A stretch of 64,000 bases of DNA, from positions 66,280 to 130,279 of the forward strand of contig CAZPWT010000029.1 of NCBI GenBank assembly GCA_964590435.1. The letters run 5' to 3'. The stretch is from an uncultured Planctomycetia bacterium. Lineage in GTDB: Bacteria > Planctomycetota > MHYJ01 > WSZJ01. Position 1 is the stretch's first letter. Each line of letters begins with the position of its first letter. Shown in pieces: positions 57,380 through 64,000 of the stretch. A program made the translations under genes and the position numbers. The notes under the pieces were generated by a model, which searched no databases, was not told the DNA's origin, and was given only the letters and a program-made list of their open reading frames with translations.

Positions 57380-58225
57380 TTACGTCTGCTGGAAGCGGCC
57401 CTTCTTGCGGCCGCGGATGATGAACTTGGAGCTGTTCTTCCTCTTCTTGCGCGTCTTGCCGCCCTTGGCGAGCTTGCCCCAGGGGCTGCAGGGATGACGG
57501 CCGCCGCCGGACCGGCCTTCGCCGCCGCCCATCGGGTGGCTGACCGGGTTCTGCGAGGTGCCGCGGTTCGTGGGCTTGATGCCGAGCCAGCGCTTGCGCC
57601 CCGCCTTGCCGAGCCAGATCGAGCCGGCCTCGATGTTGCCGAGCTGGCCGATCGTCGCGCGGCACGCCAGCGGGATCATGCGCATTTCGCCGGACGGGAA
57701 CTGCAGGTGGGCGTAGTTGCCTTCCTTCGCCATGACCTGCGCGAAGCAGCCGGCGGAACGCACGATCTGCGCGCCGCGGCCGGGGACGAGCTCGACGCAG
57801 TGCACCAGGTGGCCGAGCGGGACGCTGCGAAGCGGCATGTTGTTGCCCGGCTTCGGGTCCGGCTTCTCGCCGGCCACGAGGACCTCGCCCTTCTTGAGGT
57901 CGCGCGGCGCCACGATGTACCGGCGCTCGCCGTCCTTGTAAAGCAGCCGCGCGATGCGGACGTTCCGGTTCGGGTCGTACTCGATCTCCTCGACCTTCGC
58001 GGGAATGTCCAGCTTCGTCCGCTTCCAGTCGATCACGCGGTACATCTTCTTGTTGCCGCCGCCGTGATGCCAGCAGGTGATCGAGCCGCTGTTGTTGCGG
58101 CCGCCCGTCTTGCGAAGGGGCTCGAGCAGGCCCTTGTGGGGCTTGCCCGTGGTGAGATCCTTGAAGTCGCTGGTCGTCGCGAAGCGGCGGCCTGCGCTGG
58201 TCGGCTTGTAGGCTCGAAGACCCAT
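57380..58225 (-). CDS. rplB: 50S ribosomal protein L2.
   Basis: …GGGNKKMYRVIDWKR…SHPMGGGEGRSGGGRHPCSPWG…. Confidence 0.96.
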   Translation of the reverse strand: MGLRAYKPTSAGRRFATTSDFKDLTTGKPHKGLLEPLRKTGGRNNSGSITCWHHGGGNKKMYRVIDWKRTKLDIPAKVEEIEYDPNRNVRIARLLYKDGERRYIVAPRDLKKGEVLVAGEKPDPKPGNNMPLRSVPLGHLVHCVELVPGRGAQIVRSAGCFAQVMAKEGNYAHLQFPSGEMRMIPLACRATIGQLGNIEAGSIWLGKAGRKRWLGIKPTNRGTSQNPVSHPMGGGEGRSGGGRHPCSPWGKLAKGGKTRKKRKNSSKFIIRGRKKGRFQQT

Positions 58226-58360
58226 GGCTTTTCCTTCCTCTTGACCTGTTTCAGTGCTCTACGGTCTCGTGCTCAACGGCATCCTTCCTCTTGCTCAACG
58301 GCATCCTTCGACTCGCCCTTCGGGCTCGCTCAGGATAAGCCGAGCCGATTCCGGCCCGGC

Positions 58361-58648
58361 CTAGAAGCCCTCGATCGGCTTCGATTCCTCTGTCAGGGTG
58401 ACGATCGCTTTCTTCCAGTCGTTCTGGTAGCCGATGCGGGCCTTGAAACGGCGGGACTTGCCCTTGACCTGCATCGTGCGGACCTGCTTGACCTTGACCC
58501 CGGAGTAGATCGACTGGATCGCGTTCCGGATCTCGATCTTGTTGGCGTCCTTCTTCACGACGAACGAGTACGCGCGGCTGCGGCCCATGGAGCCCATGGA
58601 CTTTTCCGTCTGCAGCGGCTCGACGATGATGGTGCGGGCTTCGCGCAT
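58361..58648 (-). CDS. rplW: 50S ribosomal protein L23.
   Basis: MREARTIIVEPLQTEKSM… 95 aa, in the conserved position between L4 and L2. Confidence 0.88.
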   Translation of the reverse strand: MREARTIIVEPLQTEKSMGSMGRSRAYSFVVKKDANKIEIRNAIQSIYSGVKVKQVRTMQVKGKSRRFKARIGYQNDWKKAIVTLTEESKPIEGF

Positions 58649-59446
58649 TTACTTCGTCTCCTTCTTCTTGGCCGCCGGCTTCGAAGCGGCCGGGGCTTTC
58701 GGCGCCGCGGTCGCCGCGGGGGCGCCCTTCGGCTTGCCGCGCTGCTTGACGTCCGGCCTCGTGAACGCCTTTTCGGCGGGCTTCGTCGACTTCGGCACCG
58801 GCAGGTCCACGCCGTCCCGGCGGTTCTTGACCAGGGCGTTGAACGCGTCCTTCGTCATCAGGAGCCGCTTGTAGTGCAGCACGTCGAGCGCGTTCAGGTC
58901 GGCCACCGAGCAGGAGTGAACCCGCGGGATGTTCCGCGCGCTGAGCCACACCGTCCGGCCCGCCGCGTCCGCCTGCTCGATCGAGATCAGGCACGACTCC
59001 TTGATCCCGATCGCCTCCAGAGCGCCCGCCACCGCCGACGTCTTCGGCTTCTCCAGCTTCAGCGAGTCCACCACCGCCGCCTCGCCGTCCTGGAACTTCG
59101 AGAGAAGCGCGCTGTCCAGCGCCGCGCGCCGCATCTGCTTCGGGAGGTCCCGCGAATAGTCGCGCGGCTTCGGACCGAACACGATGCCGCCGTGCCGCCA
59201 GATCGGGCTCCGCTTCGTGCCCGCGCGCGCCCGGCCCGTGTGCTTCTGCTTCCACGGCTTCTTCTTCGAGCCCGCCACCTCGCCGCGGCCCTTCGTGCTG
59301 TGGGTCCCGGACCTGAGGTTGTTCTGGTAGATCAGCGTCGCGTCGTGGATGAGCCGGCGGCGGACGATCCCCCCGAACCAGGCCGGATCGACCTTCTCCG
59401 CGCCCAGCTTCTTCCCCGCGACGTCAAAGACAGGAACTTCCAGCAT
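58649..59446 (-). CDS. rplD: 50S ribosomal protein L4 with a Lys/Ala/Pro-rich C-terminal tail.
   Basis: …KPWKQKHTGRARAGTKRSPIWRHGGIVFGPKPRDY…. Confidence 0.94.
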   Translation of the reverse strand: MLEVPVFDVAGKKLGAEKVDPAWFGGIVRRRLIHDATLIYQNNLRSGTHSTKGRGEVAGSKKKPWKQKHTGRARAGTKRSPIWRHGGIVFGPKPRDYSRDLPKQMRRAALDSALLSKFQDGEAAVVDSLKLEKPKTSAVAGALEAIGIKESCLISIEQADAAGRTVWLSARNIPRVHSCSVADLNALDVLHYKRLLMTKDAFNALVKNRRDGVDLPVPKSTKPAEKAFTRPDVKQRGKPKGAPAATAAPKAPAASKPAAKKKETK

Positions 59447-59512
59447 CTCAACCGCTCCTTAACGTTCGGTTCGCCCGGCCCCGCCTGCGCGGGACCGCGG
59501 CTCACTCACGTC

Positions 59513-60226
59513 TTACTTGCCCGCGGCCTTCGCGAGCGCCTTCTTCGGGTCCTTCGAAGCCTTCGCGTCCTTCTTCTCGAGGCTCACGGGAACCGGCACG
59601 TGCTGGTTCGCCGACTTCTGGATGATCACGAAATTTCCGTTCGGGCCCGGCACCGCCCCGCGCACCAGCAGCAGGTTCCGCGCCTCGTCCATCTTCACTA
59701 CGACGAGGTTTTTCTGCGTGAAGCGGTCCATACCCATGTGGCCGGGGCGCATCGTGCCCGGGCGGATGTGCCCCGGGTCCTCGGCCGACGACGCCGATCC
59801 GACGAGCCTCTGCTGCATCGAGCCGTGCGTCTTCGGGCCGCAGTTCTTGTGGTAGCGCTTGATGACGCCCTGGAACCCCTTGCCCTTGGTGATCCCGATC
59901 ACGTCCACCTTCTTGATCCCGTCCAGGATCTTGAGCGTGACCGAGTCGCCCGCCTTCTGCGCGGGCTCGACGCCGAGGCGGAATTCCCGGATGTAGTGCA
60001 CCGGGTCCTTCACGCCCGACTTCGCCAGGTGCCCGGCGACCGGCTTCGTCACCCGCTTGCGCTTCGCAAAACCCAGCTGCACCGCGTTGTACCCGTCCGT
60101 CTTCGCGGTCTTCACCTGGGTCACGGGACACGGGCCCGCTTCGATGACCGTCACTCCGACCCAACGACCCTGCTCGTCGAAGATCTGCGTCATGCCGAGC
60201 TTGCGCCCGAGAATGCCCTGTAGCAT
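59513..60226 (-). CDS. rplC: 50S ribosomal protein L3.
   Basis: ORF 59513..60250, trimmed to [16 protein letters not shown]…. Confidence 0.93.
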   Translation of the reverse strand: MLQGILGRKLGMTQIFDEQGRWVGVTVIEAGPCPVTQVKTAKTDGYNAVQLGFAKRKRVTKPVAGHLAKSGVKDPVHYIREFRLGVEPAQKAGDSVTLKILDGIKKVDVIGITKGKGFQGVIKRYHKNCGPKTHGSMQQRLVGSASSAEDPGHIRPGTMRPGHMGMDRFTQKNLVVVKMDEARNLLLVRGAVPGPNGNFVIIQKSANQHVPVPVSLEKKDAKASKDPKKALAKAAGK

Positions 60227-60372
60227 GTCGATCCTCCTGTGCGGAGACACTCCTCCCCGCGGGGGACACGGCGACCGCCACGATTCCCCGCGGGCTGCCG
60301 GCGGAGCACTCGGCTCACGGAAGCGGCGGGGGAAATGACCGTCGTTGAAGTGTCAATGTACTGTCGGTACGG

Positions 60373-60699
<327 letters not shown>

Positions 60700-60800
60700 C
60701 GAATTCCTTCCGTCGTCTGTGGGTTTCTTGAGGGGCGGGCATTGTACGGATGGAAGAGTCGCTGTCAACGGAGAACGCGAAAAAATGGAGTTCGGGGCCG

Positions 60801-61181
60801 CTATTTGCGTTCGAAGCGGACGACGAGCCGCGCGACCTCGCCGGTGGGGGCCTTGAAGTAGAAGTCGTGGGACTTTCCGGGGAGGAGCTCGACCTCCTGG
60901 GACTCGGCGGCGCCGCCGAGGTCGCGGCCGTCCTGGGAGACGAAGGACGGGACGGCGCGCACCTTGACGTTCTCGTTCTCGTTGTTGGTCAGCTTGAAGG
61001 ACCACGCGCGCAGGCTGGTGCTCTCCCGGCGGTCGCGCAGGTCGGACAGGAGGAGGTTGATCCCCAGGATGTCCTGCGCCTTGTCCGAGGTCGCGATCGC
61101 GACCTCCTGCTGGCGGTCGGCGGAGGAAGAGCACCCGGCAAGGAAGACGGCGGGAACGACCGCGAGGAGAAGAAGGCGCAT
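60801..61181 (-). CDS. Small lipoprotein, hypothetical, inserted between fusA and rpsJ.
   Basis: ORF 60801..61295, trimmed to the ATG at 61179-61181 ([17 protein letters not shown], a lipobox). Confidence 0.55.
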   Translation of the reverse strand: MRLLLLAVVPAVFLAGCSSSADRQQEVAIATSDKAQDILGINLLLSDLRDRRESTSLRAWSFKLTNNENENVKVRAVPSFVSQDGRDLGGAAESQEVELLPGKSHDFYFKAPTGEVARLVVRFERK

Positions 61182-61185
61182 CGGA

Positions 61186-63255
61186 TTAGCTCCCGAAGAG
61201 GTTCTTCGCGACGTGCTCGGGGACGGGACGGTAGTCGTGCGGCTCGAGGCTCGAAGTGCCGCGTCCCTGCGTGAGGGACCGCAGCGCGTTGGCATACCCG
61301 AACATCTCGGCGATCGGCGTGAGCCCGGTGACCTTGCGCCGGTCGTCCTCCTGCTCCACGTTCTGGATCTCGGCGCGGCGGCGGTTCAGGTCGTCCAGCA
61401 CGTCGCCGACGTTGTCGACCGGCGCCACCACGTCGAACTTCATGATCGGCTCGAGCACCACGCCGCCGGCCTTCGACGCCGCCTTGCGGAACGCCATCCC
61501 CGCCGCGGCGCGGTACGCGCCCTCGAAGCTGTCCGTCGGGTGCGTCGACCCGCCCGTCACCCGCACCTTCACGTACACCATCGGGTATCCCGCGACCGTC
61601 CCGGTCAGCGCCTCGGACTTCACCGCGTCCTCGATCGCCGGCCAGAACCCCTTCGGAAACGTCCCCTCCGGCGCCTCGTTCGTCACCGTGACGCCTGACT
61701 TGCCCGGGTCCGGCTCGATCGACAACTTCACGTGCCCGTACTGCCCGCCCTTGCCGTCCGGCACCTTCCGGATGAACTCCGCTTCCCCGTCCCCGGCGCC
61801 GGAAATCGTCTCGCGGTACGCCACGCGCGGCTCGCCCACGTTCGCGTCGAGCTTGTACATGTGCTTCATCCGGTTCTTGATGATGTCGAGGTGAAGCTCT
61901 CCCATCCCGGAGACGATCGTCTGCCCCGTCTCCTCGTCGACCTTCATGTGGAACGTCGGGTCGTCGCGCTCCATCTTCCCGAGCGTGTCCGCCAGCTTGT
62001 CCTTGTCAGCGCTGTTCTTCGGCTCGATCGCCATCGACACCACCGGCTCCGGGAACGTCATCGCCTCCAGCGCCACGGGATGCTTCTGGTCCGTCAGCGT
62101 GTCCCCCGTCCGCGCCAGCTTCAGCCCCACCACCGTCACGATCTCCCCGGGCCCCGCGCTCTCCACCGCTTCACGCGCCTGGCCGTGCATCAGGTTCAGC
62201 CGCGTCACACGCTCCCGCTTCCCCGCCCTCGGGTTCCACACCACCTCGCCCGCCTTCAGCGTCCCCGAGTAGATCCGCACGTAGACCAGCTCGCTGAACT
62301 CGTCCGTGAAGATCTTGAACACCAGCGCCGACAGCGCCTCGTCCGGCGCGGGCTTCCGCAGCGCCGGCTTCCCCGTCTCCGGGTTCGTCCCCTCCACCGG
62401 AGGCATCTCCAGCGGGCTCGGCAGGTAGTGGATGACGCCGTCGAGAAGCGGCTGGACGCCCTTGTTGCGCAGGCTCGTCCCGCCGAACACCGGGACGATC
62501 TTGCGCGCGATCGTGTTCTCGCGCAGCCCCTTGCGGATCTCGTCGTTGATGAACGTGCGGCCCGAGAGGAACCCCTCCTCCATCCACGGCGTGATGTTCG
62601 CCACCGCCTCCACCATCTCCGACCGCGCGACTTCGGCCTCGTCGCGAAGGGCCTCGGGGATCTCCTCGACGCGGACGGTGGCGCCGTCGTCCTCCTCGCT
62701 GAAGTACAGCGCCTTGCGCTCGATGAGGTCGATCACGCCCTTGAACTCCGCCTCTTCGCCGATCGGCCAGTTCACGGCGACGGCGTTCGCCTTGAGCTTC
62801 TTGCGGATCTGCTCGACGACCTTGGGGAAGTTCGACCCGATGCGGTCGAGCTTGTTCACGAACGCGAGCCGCGGCACCTTGTAGCGGTCGGCCTGCCGCC
62901 AAACCGTTTCGCTCTGAGGCTCCACGCCTCCCACGCCGCAGAATACCCCGACCGCGCCGTCCAGCACCCGCAGCGACCGCTCCACCTCCGCCGTGAAATC
63001 CACGTGCCCCGGCGTGTCGATCAGGTTGATCCGGTGCCCCTTCCAGTAGCACGTCGTCGCGGCGCTGAAGATCGAGATGCCGCGCTCGCGCTCCTCGAAG
63101 TACCAGTCGGTCGTCGTCGTCCCCTCGTCCACGTTCCCGATCTTGTGCTCGCGCCCCGTGTAGAAAAGGATCCGCTCGGACGTGGTGGTCTTCCCCGCGT
63201 CGATGTGCGCGATGATCCCGAGGTTCCGGATTTTCTCGAGGGGGATGGGAGGCAT
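61186..63255 (-). CDS. fusA: Translation elongation factor G.
   Basis: The G domain carries [17 protein letters not shown] and NKLD, with EF-G domains II-V following. 689 aa. Confidence 0.97.
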   Translation of the reverse strand: MPPIPLEKIRNLGIIAHIDAGKTTTSERILFYTGREHKIGNVDEGTTTTDWYFEERERGISIFSAATTCYWKGHRINLIDTPGHVDFTAEVERSLRVLDGAVGVFCGVGGVEPQSETVWRQADRYKVPRLAFVNKLDRIGSNFPKVVEQIRKKLKANAVAVNWPIGEEAEFKGVIDLIERKALYFSEEDDGATVRVEEIPEALRDEAEVARSEMVEAVANITPWMEEGFLSGRTFINDEIRKGLRENTIARKIVPVFGGTSLRNKGVQPLLDGVIHYLPSPLEMPPVEGTNPETGKPALRKPAPDEALSALVFKIFTDEFSELVYVRIYSGTLKAGEVVWNPRAGKRERVTRLNLMHGQAREAVESAGPGEIVTVVGLKLARTGDTLTDQKHPVALEAMTFPEPVVSMAIEPKNSADKDKLADTLGKMERDDPTFHMKVDEETGQTIVSGMGELHLDIIKNRMKHMYKLDANVGEPRVAYRETISGAGDGEAEFIRKVPDGKGGQYGHVKLSIEPDPGKSGVTVTNEAPEGTFPKGFWPAIEDAVKSEALTGTVAGYPMVYVKVRVTGGSTHPTDSFEGAYRAAAGMAFRKAASKAGGVVLEPIMKFDVVAPVDNVGDVLDDLNRRRAEIQNVEQEDDRRKVTGLTPIAEMFGYANALRSLTQGRGTSSLEPHDYRPVPEHVAKNLFGS

Positions 63256-63395
63256 GGGGGGCGGAGTAAACCAGAAGGTGTGCGAAGGGGCAACACGGCG
63301 GACCCGGCATTTTGGGCGGAAGCCGGGCGGAATTCAATGCCCGGCGGCCCCCCTTTCCATCCGGGGCGGGGATCATTACAATCCCGCCCCACTCC

Positions 63396-64000
63396 ATGAC
63401 AGCCGATCACCACTCTTCACCACCTGCGGCGACGAAGCGCTGGGTCCGCGACAGCGGCGGCCCGGGCTCGCAGGGCGCGGTGATGGTCGCGGACCCCGAT
63501 CCCGGCCGGCGCGCCGCCTATGCGCGGGCGCTCGGCGAGCTCGGTTTCGCGACGCACTCGACCGGGTCGGGGCGCGAAGCGCTGGATTCGCTTCTGGTCC
63601 CGGGGCGCTACGACGCGGCGGTGCTGGACATGGAGCTGGCCGACCAGTCGGGGGCGCAGATCCTGTCGGGGCTGATGAAGCGGAAGTGCATCGTGCCGGC
63701 CGTGCTGACGGGGAAGGTGTCGCACCAGCAGGACGCGGAGGTGCAGCAGTACCCGACGAGGACGTTCATGCAGGTGCGGGACCCGGACCTGGTCGCGCTG
63801 GCGGTCCGCCAGCTCGTGCCGGCGCGCCGCCCGCCGGTGTCGCGGCTCGAGGACGACCTTTCGTCGGAGGAGCGCGCCCGCTGCCGGGAGATCCAGGAAA
63901 TGCTGGTCGTCCAGCAGCTTCCCGACTTCCCCGGCTGGGACTCGGCGGCGCTGTACCAGCCGTGCTCGGTGGTCGGCGGCGACTATCTCGACATCTTCCC
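63396..64000 (+). CDS. Response regulator with a CheY-like receiver domain fused to a PP2C/SpoIIE-like phosphatase domain (partial; continues beyond the window).
   Basis: Translating from the ATG at 63396 gives the receiver …AVMVADPDPGRRAAYARALGELGFATHSTGSGREALDSLLVPGRYDAAVLDMELAD… then …LPDFPGWDSAALYQPCSVVGGDYLDIF, the start of a PP2C domain. The reading frame is open to the end of the window. Confidence 0.55.
   Translation, partial: MTADHHSSPPAATKRWVRDSGGPGSQGAVMVADPDPGRRAAYARALGELGFATHSTGSGREALDSLLVPGRYDAAVLDMELADQSGAQILSGLMKRKCIVPAVLTGKVSHQQDAEVQQYPTRTFMQVRDPDLVALAVRQLVPARRPPVSRLEDDLSSEERARCREIQEMLVVQQLPDFPGWDSAALYQPCSVVGGDYLDIF

Overview
This is a high-GC (~68-70%) bacterial chromosomal segment with about 60 genes, mostly on the minus strand. 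The taxon looks PVC-like (Planctomycetota-like): tandem DUF1559 prepilin-type proteins, many Ser/Thr kinases fused to TPR arrays, ECF sigma factors, and ribosomal proteins with low-complexity C-terminal tails. The provided ORF track translates GTG/TTG starts as M, so several genes start at GTG. Most long plus-strand ORFs are Arg/Ala/Pro-rich antisense shadows of minus-strand genes.

Contents from start to end:
- A TolB-like PD40 beta-propeller lipoprotein (partial), DUF1844 and pyrG.
- An LPS inner-core cluster. kdsB and a GT9 heptosyltransferase with a ~300-aa proline-rich N-terminus sit on the minus strand. A translationally coupled operon on the plus strand carries a Kdo/WaaP-family kinase, a GT9, a GT2, a GT4 and a double Kdo/WaaP kinase. 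waaA lies further on.
- A small secreted HMA-fold protein whose two predicted metal-binding positions are in-frame TGA codons. This is a candidate selenoprotein.
- A secreted protein of unknown function and a GT39/ArnT-like TPR membrane protein.
- A recent ~640-bp tandem duplication of a DUF1559 pseudopilin gene that includes its terminator.
- An operon of an AAA+ ATPase, a catalytically dead rhomboid paralog and an active rhomboid protease. Both rhomboids carry a shared novel C-terminal domain, and a giant acidic lipoprotein lies upstream. This is the most likely candidate for an undescribed system.
- Two Ser/Thr-kinase-TPR genes flanking a lipoprotein and an ECF sigma factor; metK; waaA; secA.
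- A pseudokinase-TPR protein next to an active Ser/Thr kinase.
- dgt, a 2-hydroxyacid dehydrogenase, two paralogous zinc-ribbon membrane proteins with a coupled mini-ORF, and rho.
- An outer-membrane protein combining a PD40 propeller with a C-terminal beta-barrel.
- lspA, a dksA-like gene, and an S10 ribosomal operon (rpsJ to rpmC) that ends after L29. fusA leads directly to rpsJ, with an inserted lipoprotein gene and no tuf.
- A response-regulator/PP2C gene at the window edge.

No rRNA, tRNA, CRISPR array or obvious transposase was found. Several short tandem-repeat and hairpin elements sit in intergenic regions.
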